A stretch of 32,000 nt of DNA from Flavobacteriaceae bacterium (GTDB taxonomy: Bacteria; Bacteroidota; Bacteroidia; Flavobacteriales; Flavobacteriaceae). Every line of letters starts with the position of its first letter. The stretch's first letter is position 1. The stretch spans positions 2,310,001 through 2,342,000 of the forward strand of contig OZ245049.1 in NCBI GenBank assembly GCA_965224465.1. The letters are read 5' to 3'. A program made the position numbers and the translations under genes. This document shows positions 1 through 7,999 of the stretch, piece by piece. Below the pieces are notes generated by a model. That model was given only the letters and a program-made list of their open reading frames with translations, ran no database searches and had not been told where the DNA came from.

Positions 1-2
1 AA

Positions 3-818
3 AAACCTTTTGTTGCTAACGCATCAAATTATGGAGTTCCTCAAAATAGAGAAAGAGTTCTTTTTATTGGCTGTCGTAAAGACCAAAAATACATTTCTGA
101 AATACCAGCAACAGTATCAGAAAAAGAGAAAGTAACTATTTTTGAAGCACTTTATGACCTAGATTTTATTGGAAACAATCAAGAAGCACATCATTATGAA
201 TTGATTGATATTTCAACACAATATAACGGAAAATCGAAAAAAATGACTAAGCTTCTTAAAAAAAGAAATATAGACGGAAAACCGAATATTAAATCCGGAA
301 AAACTTTTGCTGAATGGTCAAAAAAAGGAAGGTTAATTGATCGTTTCAAGCCACAAACAAAGCCTTTCTATGTTAAAAACACCCAAGGACTAGAGAATGG
401 AGAAAAATATTTTGATTCTCTTAACAATCACAAAACAAGCAATCAAAATGAAACAGTAATTGAGCGCCTTAAAGTTATTTTAAAAAATGGCACTTATAAA
501 AAAGCACAAACTCAGTTAGAAAAACTTAATCTTTCTTCAAAAAAGAGAAATTATAATGTTTTAAAACCAGATCAACAAAGTTCTACAATAATGACTATTC
601 CAGATGATTATGTTCATTATAATTCTCCTCGTGCATTAACGGTTAGAGAAATGGCACGCCTACAATCATTTGATGATTCCTTTGTTTTTCAAGGAAAACG
701 TTCAACTGGAGGAAACAATAGAAAAACTGAAGTGCCACAATACACACTTGTTGGAAATGCAGTTCCTCCATTGTTAGCAAGAGCAGTTGCAAATGAAATT
801 TTAAAACACATCAAGTGA
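3..818 (+). CDS. DNA (cytosine-5)-methyltransferase, C-terminal ~270 aa (5' end outside the window)
   Basis: Frame 3 is open from nt 3. The translation begins KPFVANASNYGVPQNRERVLFIGC (C5-MTase motif VIII, QxRxR). It ends with TVREMARLQSFDDSFVF (motif IX) and LVGNAVPPLLARAV (motif X, GNAVPP). About 200 aa separate motifs VIII and IX, which is a large target-recognition domain. Confidence 0.9.
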   Translation, partial: KPFVANASNYGVPQNRERVLFIGCRKDQKYISEIPATVSEKEKVTIFEALYDLDFIGNNQEAHHYELIDISTQYNGKSKKMTKLLKKRNIDGKPNIKSGKTFAEWSKKGRLIDRFKPQTKPFYVKNTQGLENGEKYFDSLNNHKTSNQNETVIERLKVILKNGTYKKAQTQLEKLNLSSKKRNYNVLKPDQQSSTIMTIPDDYVHYNSPRALTVREMARLQSFDDSFVFQGKRSTGGNNRKTEVPQYTLVGNAVPPLLARAVANEILKHIK

Positions 819-1993
819 GAAACCTAACAGAATCAGAACAAAAAAAGATAAAATTACTAACAAAAAACCAAGTATCTATTACACTAATTGAACCTACTGA
901 AACTGGGCTAAAAAAATCTATTATGGATGCTACAGGTTCAGTACGTAATTTTTTAAAAAACGAGAACATTCACAATTTTGAGTTACAAAAACAGGGGCCT
1001 AATTACAAGGTACTAATTCCTACTGTTATTCATACTGAATTTAAAACAACTAAATCAACAGCATCTTTATACCGTCCTGTCACCAAAAGTGGAGACCCTA
1101 GAATTTGGTTCTATAAAATGACAAAGATTGCAGCAGCAAATGACATTGTAGCAATCACATATTTTGACGGTAGTTTTCATGTTTTTAACCTTACACAACT
1201 AGATATTGAAACTTTAGTAAATTCTTCTATTCAAAACCCCTTACAAGATTTAATCAGAGAAATTAATAGTACAGAAAATGAAGTAGCATTTGAGCTTTTA
1301 GGAATGTTAAGAAAAATAGCGAGTGCTGGTCCAATTCCTTCAATGGTTGACGCTGACACTTCTGTTGGAAGAACACTCGAGACCGCACTTGGAATTGCAA
1401 TAAATTCTTCAAGAAAACCAGATTATAAAGGGATTGAATTAAAGTCTTTTAGAAAAAGCAGAACAAATAGGAAAAATCTATTTGCACAAGTTCCAGATTG
1501 GAGTTTAAGTAAATTTAAAAGTTCTACCGAAATTCTGAATAATTTCGGATATGAACGTGGTCAGGATTTTAAGCTATATTGTACAGCTTCAGCAATTACA
1601 AGAAATTCACAAGGTCTGAATCTTAGAATTAATAATGACTTAAAACAATTGATTGAGAATTCAGATAAGCCAGAAATTGGAGACTTTGTTATCTGGACTT
1701 TAGATAAACTTCACAACCGACTAAAAGAAAAGCACAAAGAAACATTTTGGGTTGAAGCAGAAAGTACGAGAATAAATAACCGTGAGCATTTTCAATACAA
1801 ATTAGTTGAGCACACAAAAAAACCTATAACTTCTCAGTTTGATTTACTAATTGACCAAGGAATTATAACGCTTGACCATTTAATTAAACGAAACTCAAAA
1901 GGGAGAGTCGTTGAAAAGGGTCCCTTATTTAAAATTAAACCGAAGGGAATTGAACTTCTTTTCCCTCCTAGTGAAAGTTATCTTTTAATTTAA
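815..1993 (+). CDS. Type II restriction endonuclease, MutH/Sau3AI/MvaI-BcnI-like PD-(D/E)XK core with an extra N-terminal domain
   Basis: The GTG start at 815 overlaps the MTase stop (GTGA), so the two genes are translationally coupled. The C-terminal ~220 aa contain GRTLETALGIAINSSRKPDYKGIELKSFR (D-x4-E-x-K as in MutH/MvaI/BcnI-type nucleases), followed by FWVEAES and GPLFKIKP. The family call rests on remembered motif patterns, not a search. Confidence 0.6.
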   Translation: MRNLTESEQKKIKLLTKNQVSITLIEPTETGLKKSIMDATGSVRNFLKNENIHNFELQKQGPNYKVLIPTVIHTEFKTTKSTASLYRPVTKSGDPRIWFYKMTKIAAANDIVAITYFDGSFHVFNLTQLDIETLVNSSIQNPLQDLIREINSTENEVAFELLGMLRKIASAGPIPSMVDADTSVGRTLETALGIAINSSRKPDYKGIELKSFRKSRTNRKNLFAQVPDWSLSKFKSSTEILNNFGYERGQDFKLYCTASAITRNSQGLNLRINNDLKQLIENSDKPEIGDFVIWTLDKLHNRLKEKHKETFWVEAESTRINNREHFQYKLVEHTKKPITSQFDLLIDQGIITLDHLIKRNSKGRVVEKGPLFKIKPKGIELLFPPSESYLLI

Positions 1994-2040
1994 TCTGAAT
2001 AGCCAACACAGGCTGAAGCACGTTTAAAAAACTGGGTTCT

Positions 2041-2217
2041 ACTATAACTTACACCAATCCAAAATGACATATATAAATAGTTTATTTACGTTATAGCGCA
2101 GTTGGAAAACAGAACGATAGCTATGTCCATCCTTAGATTTATCGCCTAGCTAAAACAAAAGATAATTCATTTTCTAAACCGTCACTTCCTTTTGAGATTT
2201 CTTAAATTGCTATAACC
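2041..2217 (+). repeat. Dispersed intergenic repeat, copy A
   Basis: It aligns by eye over about 160 nt with 9515-9680 and 26961-27120. Shared blocks are CAATCCAAAATGA, ATATAAATAGTTTATTTACG, ACAGAACGATAGCTA, CGCCTAGCTAAAACAAAA and AAACCGTCACTT. It contains no ORF. Confidence 0.8.
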
Positions 2218-2374
2218 AAACGATACAATGGTTCGGGATCTAGGTGTTGCGCTAAGGATAGCAGTGGCATCCTATTTTGAGGCACGAAAAATAGATATAA
2301 CGGATAGCCTGACCCGACCTTTTGGAAGGGGAGCGCCCAAATAGAAAACAGTGTTATTTTATGATGATTTCCTG

Positions 2375-4060
2375 CTAAAAATCCACCTTCACGCGAAACT
2401 TCATCACCTTCCCAGTACCTGGATGTGTAAACTGAAGGTATTCGGCATGCAAATGCAATCGGTCTGCTTTTACCCCATACAAATCATCGCCTACAATAGG
2501 ACTATTCAGCCCCAATTTATGTGCGGCATGCATGCGTAATTGGTGGGTACGCCCTGTAACAGGATAAAAATGAACCAAGGTTTTTCCTTCTCGTTTTTCT
2601 ATCACTTTCCAAATGGTTTTTGCCTTTTTACCGTATTCGTAACACACCAATTGCCGCGGTCTGTTGTCTAAATCTACGCGTAAAGGAAGCGATATCTCCC
2701 CTTTTTCTTGGTGTAATTCACCCTCTAACAAAGCCACATAACGTTTTTTTACCGTCCTATTTATAAACTGACTTTGCAAATTTTTATGCACTTCTTTTGT
2801 TTTTGCAATTACCATTAATCCACTGGTAGACATGTCCAAACGATGAACAATTAACGGCCCTGTAGCATCTGGGTATTTGCCCAACATCCTTGTATACACG
2901 GAGTCTGAAATGGTTTTCCCAGGGACTGATAAAAATTCGGAAGGTTTATTTATAATCACAAAACTATCATCTTCGTATACCGTAGCCAAGACTTTTCCTA
3001 AAGCGGGATTTTTCAACATCGGATTTTCATCTATATCCAATCCTTGCAACATGTGTCCTAAAATAGGATGGCATTTTGACTGGCAAGCAGGGTAGTAATT
3101 TTTATGTTTTCTGATGGCAGAGGTAGGCGATGCTCCCCACCAAAATTCGGCCATAGCAATGGGTTTTAACCCCTGTTGAAATGCGTATTGCAATAATTTA
3201 GGTGCTGCACATTCTCCAGCTCCTGCAAGAGGAACACCGTTTAACGTATTTAGAAAAATATCACAAACGCTTTTTGTTTCTCCTAATTGATTTAAAAAAT
3301 GATATTGGTCGTATAATTGTTGCTGTAAGGCATTTGATTTTTCTTTTCGTTCTAGTTTTAAGGCTTTAATCGGTCCTGTAAAAATTTCCAATTGCACTTT
3401 TGCTTTTGCCAACTGATCGTTCCAATACACCAACAATTCTCTTAGCAGGAATTTATCACGAATACTCTCTTCCCCAATTAAGGTTGTAAGTTCTTTAAAA
3501 TCCACCGCATTTAAGGCGTCTTTCCCTGTTGTTTTACGTAACCTACGTTCCGTTTTATTCGCTTGCAACCTCACTTTTTGAGAAGCTATGGAAACAACAC
3601 TTCTTGCAGTTACTTTATCAAATACTTCTTGAGCAATTTTTAGTTCTACTTGCGCTTCCAGTACATCAACTTGCAGATTAATAGCATTGAGAACATTTTC
3701 ACCTTTCCGATAAAAACCATCCTCTTTAAGCATATCAAAAATTGGAGGCACAAATAAATCATGTTCGTTTTTACCTGCTAATTTTCCTGAAAAGGCTTTT
3801 AAATACCCTAATTGCCCTTTATGGTTCTGAACTACCAACACCCCAAACATTTTACCGGTAATCTTACTGTTCGTATCATTTTCAAATCCAAAATTATGCA
3901 CCCAATCCGTTTGCTGTTCTAAATACGCTTGCAATTCTTCTACTGCTAACAGAGAAAGCGCATGAGGTTGATAATAGAAAGGAAACGTGAATTTTTCAGG
4001 TATTTCTACGCCCTTAATAGAGAGACTAAACGGTGTAAAACAAGTGGTATTCGATTTCAT
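2375..4060 (-). CDS. RluA-family RNA pseudouridine synthase fused to a ~360 aa N-terminal domain
   Basis: The C-terminal ~200 aa carry the RluA signatures LIVHRLDMSTSGLMVIAKT (HRLD catalytic Asp motif) and VTGRTHQLRMHAAH. The likely start is the ATG at 4060 (MKSNTTCF), because the 13 codons upstream in the ORF track have no support. The N-terminal part has a coiled-coil segment and a Cys cluster. Confidence 0.85.
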   Translation of the reverse strand: MKSNTTCFTPFSLSIKGVEIPEKFTFPFYYQPHALSLLAVEELQAYLEQQTDWVHNFGFENDTNSKITGKMFGVLVVQNHKGQLGYLKAFSGKLAGKNEHDLFVPPIFDMLKEDGFYRKGENVLNAINLQVDVLEAQVELKIAQEVFDKVTARSVVSIASQKVRLQANKTERRLRKTTGKDALNAVDFKELTTLIGEESIRDKFLLRELLVYWNDQLAKAKVQLEIFTGPIKALKLERKEKSNALQQQLYDQYHFLNQLGETKSVCDIFLNTLNGVPLAGAGECAAPKLLQYAFQQGLKPIAMAEFWWGASPTSAIRKHKNYYPACQSKCHPILGHMLQGLDIDENPMLKNPALGKVLATVYEDDSFVIINKPSEFLSVPGKTISDSVYTRMLGKYPDATGPLIVHRLDMSTSGLMVIAKTKEVHKNLQSQFINRTVKKRYVALLEGELHQEKGEISLPLRVDLDNRPRQLVCYEYGKKAKTIWKVIEKREGKTLVHFYPVTGRTHQLRMHAAHKLGLNSPIVGDDLYGVKADRLHLHAEYLQFTHPGTGKVMKFRVKVDF

Positions 4061-4273
4061 AAAAACAATAAAAAAATCACTTTCTAGAGTAGAAAGCAAT
4101 CACATTAAAGGACAAAGGTACGGTATGTTTTTAAATAAGAATCAGGAGGAATTCATTTGTAAATAAGCAAACAAGACTACCTTAAGTCAAGCATTCATAG
4201 GCAAGGGTTTAGCTACAAACGGTGAGCGATATCAAATAGCCGTAACTTTTCCATAAAATTACCTAAACCACAG

Positions 4274-4304
4274 TTTGTTATCCAAATAAATAATTGTACT
4301 TTTG
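4274..4304 (+). promoter_or_regulatory. Bacteroidota-type promoter for rplM-rpsI
   Basis: TTTG (4274-4277), a 19-nt spacer, then TACTTTTG (4297-4304). This matches the -33 TTG / -7 TAnnTTTG consensus of Bacteroidota sigma-A promoters, about 55 nt upstream of rplM. Confidence 0.5.
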
Positions 4305-4358
4305 CAAACTCTTATATAGAGAAAAATTATTTATTAATATTAGACAAAAACTTTAATT

Positions 4359-4814
4359 GTGAACAAATTAAGTTACAAAACAGTATCGGCTAACAAAAAC
4401 ACCGTAAACAAAGAGTGGTTGCTAGTTGATGCGGACGGGCAAACTTTGGGTCGTCTTGCTTCAAAAGTAGCATTACTACTAAGAGGTAAACACAAAACAA
4501 ATTTCACACCTCACGTTGATTGTGGAGATAACATTGTTATCATAAATGCAGAGAAAATCAACTTGACTGGAAAAAAATGGACTGACAAATCTTACATTCG
4601 TCACACAGGTTATCCAGGAGGACAAAGATCATTAACTGCAACAGAATTGTTTGAAAAAGACCCTACTAGATTGGTAGAGAAAGCAGTAAAAGGAATGTTA
4701 CCTAAAACAATTTTAGGAAGTGCATTGTACAGAAACTTATATGTATATATAGGAGGAGAGCACGAACAAGAAGCACAAAAACCTAAAGCAATTAACCTTA
4801 ACGATCTTAAATAA
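4359..4814 (+). CDS. rplM: 50S ribosomal protein L13
   Basis: The translation ([42 protein letters not shown]...) is unmistakably L13. The apparent start is GTG. Confidence 0.97.
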   Translation: MNKLSYKTVSANKNTVNKEWLLVDADGQTLGRLASKVALLLRGKHKTNFTPHVDCGDNIVIINAEKINLTGKKWTDKSYIRHTGYPGGQRSLTATELFEKDPTRLVEKAVKGMLPKTILGSALYRNLYVYIGGEHEQEAQKPKAINLNDLK

Positions 4815-5200
4815 TGGAAATAGTACACAAAATTGGTAGAAGAAAAACTGCTGTAGCGCGTATCTATCTTACTGAAGGAACAGGAAAGATTACCGTAAAC
4901 AAGAGAGAATTAGAGAACTACTTTCCTACTGGAACTTTACAGTACAAAGTAAGACAGCCATTTACCTTAACTGGTACTGATGCTTCTTATGATGTAAAAG
5001 TAAATGTATTTGGAGGTGGAGTTACAGGACAAGCAGAAGCAATTCGTTTAGCAATTACTAGAGCACTAGTATTTATTGACGAAGAGCATAAAGCAGTGTT
5101 AAAACCACAAGGTTTATTAACTCGTGACCCTAGAATGGTTGAACGTAAGAAATTCGGTCAGAAAAAAGCACGTAAGAAATTCCAATTCTCGAAACGTTAA
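4814..5200 (+). CDS. rpsI: 30S ribosomal protein S9
   Basis: [12 protein letters not shown] ... [19 protein letters not shown] ... [27 protein letters not shown] is canonical S9. The start overlaps the rplM stop (ATAATG). Confidence 0.97.
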   Translation: MEIVHKIGRRKTAVARIYLTEGTGKITVNKRELENYFPTGTLQYKVRQPFTLTGTDASYDVKVNVFGGGVTGQAEAIRLAITRALVFIDEEHKAVLKPQGLLTRDPRMVERKKFGQKKARKKFQFSKR

Positions 5201-5219
5201 TCGTTTGGCGAATTATAGG

Positions 5220-5258
5220 TCGATGTTTAAGAGGTTTATTCTTTTAAACATCGATTTA
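5220..5258 (+). terminator. Hairpin after rpsI (possible weak intrinsic terminator)
   Basis: TCGATGTTTAA (5220-5230) pairs with TTAAACATCGA (5244-5254). Only TTT follows, then an A-run. Confidence 0.45.
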
Positions 5259-5391
5259 AAAAACATAATTATAACAAGTTTTCTAGATTCGGTGCACCAC
5301 ACTGAGTTCAGTTTAGCATCCAAATAAACGAGATCAATTTTATTGCTACTCTTTTATTGCTAACTAAAAATGGAACGTAAACTACATACAA

Positions 5392-6120
5392 ATGGCAAAC
5401 ATTGAAATTAAAGAATTATTAGATGCGGGTGTACATTTTGGACACTTAACAAGAAAGTGGAATCCAAACATGGCTCCTTACATTTACTCGGAGCGTAATG
5501 GTGTACACATTATTGACCTTTACAAAACAACTGCAAAAATCGAAGAAGCTGCTGAAGCTATGAAGAAAATTGCAGCATCAGGACGTAGAATCCTTTTTGT
5601 AGCAACTAAAAAACAAGCTAAGGATATTGTTTCTGAAAAAGCAGAAGCAGTAAATATGCCTTATATCACTGAGCGTTGGCCTGGTGGAATGTTGACTAAC
5701 TTTGTAACAATCCGTAAAGCTGTTAAGAAAATGGCTATTATCGATCGTATGAAATTAGATGGTTCTTTTGATGCATTATCTAAACGTGAGAAATTACAAA
5801 TCAACCGTCAACGTATCAAATTAGACAAAAACTTAGGTTCTATTGTTGATATGACACGTTTACCAGGTGCTTTATTTATCGTAGACATCAAAAAAGAACA
5901 CATTGCTGTAGCAGAAGCTCAAAAATTGAACATTCCTATTTTCGCAATGGTTGATACAAACTCTGACCCAAGAGGTGTAGATTATGTAATCCCATCAAAT
6001 GATGATGCTTCTAAATCTATCGATAAAATTTTAGGTTTTGTAACTGATGCAGTAGCAGAAGGTTTATCAGAACGTAAAGAAGGTCGTGATAAAGACAAAA
6101 CAGTAGCTGAAAAAAAATAA
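5392..6120 (+). CDS. rpsB: 30S ribosomal protein S2
   Basis: LLDAGVHFGHLTRKWNPNMAPYIY ... GVHIIDL ... ILFVATKKQA ... RWPGGMLTNF are canonical S2 motifs. Confidence 0.97.
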   Translation: MANIEIKELLDAGVHFGHLTRKWNPNMAPYIYSERNGVHIIDLYKTTAKIEEAAEAMKKIAASGRRILFVATKKQAKDIVSEKAEAVNMPYITERWPGGMLTNFVTIRKAVKKMAIIDRMKLDGSFDALSKREKLQINRQRIKLDKNLGSIVDMTRLPGALFIVDIKKEHIAVAEAQKLNIPIFAMVDTNSDPRGVDYVIPSNDDASKSIDKILGFVTDAVAEGLSERKEGRDKDKTVAEKK

Positions 6121-6174
6121 TTAGAATGTCACGTTGATTTTTTAATTAAAATTGACAATAAACTATACAAGATT

Positions 6175-6993
6175 ATGGCAAAAATTACAGCCTCAGAAGT
6201 AAATAAATTAAGAAAGCATACTGGATCTGGTATGATGGATTGTAAAAACGCATTGGTTGAAGCAGATGGTAACTTTGAAGCTGCAATTGATATTTTACGT
6301 AAAAAAGGTCAAAAAGTAGCAGCTAAGAGAGCGGATAGAGATTCTGCTGAAGGAGCTGTTATCGCATCTGTAAATGAAGCAAAAACAGAAGGTGTTATTA
6401 TTTCATTGAACTGTGAAACTGATTTTGTTGCTAAAAACGACGAATTTGTTTCTTTAGCTAAAGAATTAGCTTTAGTTGCTTTAGCTACTTCTACTAAAGA
6501 AGAATTTATGGCTGCTGATTTTAAAGGAACTCCAGTTGCTGAAATCCTAATCGAAAAAACGGGTGTTATTGGTGAGAAAATCGAAATTGGTGCTTACGAA
6601 AAAGTAGCAGGTAATTTTGTTGGTTCTTATATTCACGCGGGTAACAGAATTGCTACTTTAACAGTTTTATCTGAAACTGCTGAAGGTGCAGAAGTAGTTG
6701 CAAAAGATGTATCTATGCAAGCTGCAGCAATGAATCCTGTTGCTTTAAACGAAGATGGAATTGATGCTTCTGTTATTGAAAAAGAAGTTGAAATTGCAAA
6801 AGATCAACTACGTGCTGAAGGGAAACCAGAAGCTATGTTGGACAATATCGCTAAAGGAAAAATCAAACGTTTCTTTAAAGATAACACCTTGGTAAATCAA
6901 TTGTTTATTAAGGACAACAAAAAAACCGTTGCTCAGTATGTAAAAACACTTGGAGACGTAACTGTTGTAGACTTTAAACGTGTATCTCTTTAA
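6175..6993 (+). CDS. tsf: Translation elongation factor Ts
   Basis: ITASEVNKLRKHTGSGMMDCKNALVEADGNFEAAIDILRKKG is the N-terminal UBA-like EF-Ts signature. The gene sits immediately downstream of rpsB, as is typical. Confidence 0.97.
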   Translation: MAKITASEVNKLRKHTGSGMMDCKNALVEADGNFEAAIDILRKKGQKVAAKRADRDSAEGAVIASVNEAKTEGVIISLNCETDFVAKNDEFVSLAKELALVALATSTKEEFMAADFKGTPVAEILIEKTGVIGEKIEIGAYEKVAGNFVGSYIHAGNRIATLTVLSETAEGAEVVAKDVSMQAAAMNPVALNEDGIDASVIEKEVEIAKDQLRAEGKPEAMLDNIAKGKIKRFFKDNTLVNQLFIKDNKKTVAQYVKTLGDVTVVDFKRVSL

Positions 6994-7018
6994 TTAGACA
7001 TCACTTTATAATAAGATA

Positions 7019-7047
7019 AACCACGCTTTTTAAGCGTGGTTTTTTTT
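7019..7047 (+). terminator. Rho-independent terminator of rpsB-tsf
   Basis: A 10-bp stem, AACCACGCTT (7019-7028) with AAGCGTGGTT (7032-7041), has a 3-nt loop and is followed by a T-run to 7047. Confidence 0.85.
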
Positions 7048-7070
7048 GTGCTATTTCCTTCTATTCCCTA

Positions 7071-7097
7071 AAAAAAAGCCACGTAAAAACGTAGCTT
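7071..7097 (-). terminator. Minus-strand hairpin terminator after the small ORF
   Basis: On the minus strand, GCTACG-TTTTTA-CGTGGC (one G.U pair) is followed by TTTTTTT. It lies 22 nt downstream of the stop at 7119. Confidence 0.5.
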
Positions 7098-7118
7098 TTA
7101 AATATATTTCTTAGCTGT

Positions 7119-7298
7119 TTATCCTGCAATAAACCCCTCTGCCCCATCCAAAGTTCCGACTAATTCCTGTGGATTGTGAATTAAGGTAGGAATGTGTTGT
7201 GGACAAATATAAAAATGCCCCTCTTTATAATAAAATTTAGTTACTGGCATCACGTCAGAGGACGCTTTACAAACGATGCATTCTTTTTTGGTTTCCAT
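7119..7298 (-). CDS. Small conserved-looking Cys-rich protein, 59 aa (below the ORF-track cutoff)
   Basis: My own translation gives METKKECIVCKASSDVMPVTKFYYKEGHFYICPQHIPTLIHNPQELVGTLDGAEGFIAG. The CxxC ... CPxH arrangement suggests a zinc-binding protein. It is in the same orientation as rsmG, 71 nt downstream of it, and has its own terminator. Confidence 0.45.
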   Translation of the reverse strand: METKKECIVCKASSDVMPVTKFYYKEGHFYICPQHIPTLIHNPQELVGTLDGAEGFIAG

Positions 7299-7369
7299 AA
7301 AGTACGATTATTTATTAAAGGATAAAAATACCTTTTTTACCGAAACCAAAGGCTAACATTTATCACGTC

Positions 7370-7999
7370 CTATGCTCTGTTTTTAATAGAGATATGGACT
7401 ACTTTTTTTGTTTCAAAAAACTCTTCCTCGAAATAATCTGTTAAGTCAAATAATTTAGCACGATCAAAAGATGCCAATTCTTCGGTTAAGTCACCTCCTT
7501 TTAAGTATAATACGCCATTTTTTAATGCATGTACAGACTTCGCCTTGACTTTGTTTTTAGTCCATTTTACAAAATCCTTCATATTTGTGACAGCTCTACT
7601 CACAATAAAATCAAATTCGCCATTCACATTCTCTGCTCTCATGTGATTTGCAATAACATTTGTCAAGCCTAATGCTTCTGCTACTCCCTGCACCACTTTT
7701 ATTTTCTTCCCTGTAGAATCTACCAATAAGAATTGTGTTTCTGGAAACAAAATAGCCAATGGAATCCCAGGAAATCCACCACCAGTACCAATATCTAATA
7801 TTCTTGCACCCGGTTTAAAAGGCTGTACTTTGGCTATACCTAGCGAATGTAGTACATGACGTAAATACAGCTCGTCAATATCCTTTCTAGAAATCACATT
7901 AATTTGTGCATTCCACTCTGTGTATAAATCTTTTAATTTTTCAAACTGCGCTATTTGTTCCTCTGTTAAATTGTCAAAGTATTTTGTAAGTATCTTCAT
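7370..7999 (-). CDS. rsmG: 16S rRNA (guanine527-N7)-methyltransferase RsmG/GidB
   Basis: Evidence is RHVLHSL, the SAM motif ILDIGTGGGFPGIPLAILFP, LVDSTGKKIKV, and a ~209 aa length typical of RsmG. Confidence 0.93.
   Translation of the reverse strand: MKILTKYFDNLTEEQIAQFEKLKDLYTEWNAQINVISRKDIDELYLRHVLHSLGIAKVQPFKPGARILDIGTGGGFPGIPLAILFPETQFLLVDSTGKKIKVVQGVAEALGLTNVIANHMRAENVNGEFDFIVSRAVTNMKDFVKWTKNKVKAKSVHALKNGVLYLKGGDLTEELASFDRAKLFDLTDYFEEEFFETKKVVHISIKNRA

Noticed and set aside
2351-3095. + strand ORFs 2351-2539 and 2877-3095
   Set aside because: They are antisense shadows inside the RluA-family gene and have no motifs.
4061-4099. 13-codon N-terminal extension of the RluA-family ORF
   Set aside because: The upstream ATG adds MLSTLESDFFIVF with no support. 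The ATG at 4060 (MKSNTT..) is more plausible, but this remains unverified.
4100-4358. Possible L13 ribosomal-protein leader upstream of rplM
   Set aside because: The consensus-like promoter at 4274-4304 leaves only a ~50-nt, very AT-rich 5' UTR in which I can find no stable helix. The region upstream of the promoter would not be part of the transcript.
4610-5327. ORFs 4610-4828 (-) and 5124-5327 (+)
   Set aside because: The first is antisense to rplM. The second starts out of frame inside rpsI and runs through the rpsI terminator hairpin. Neither has independent support.
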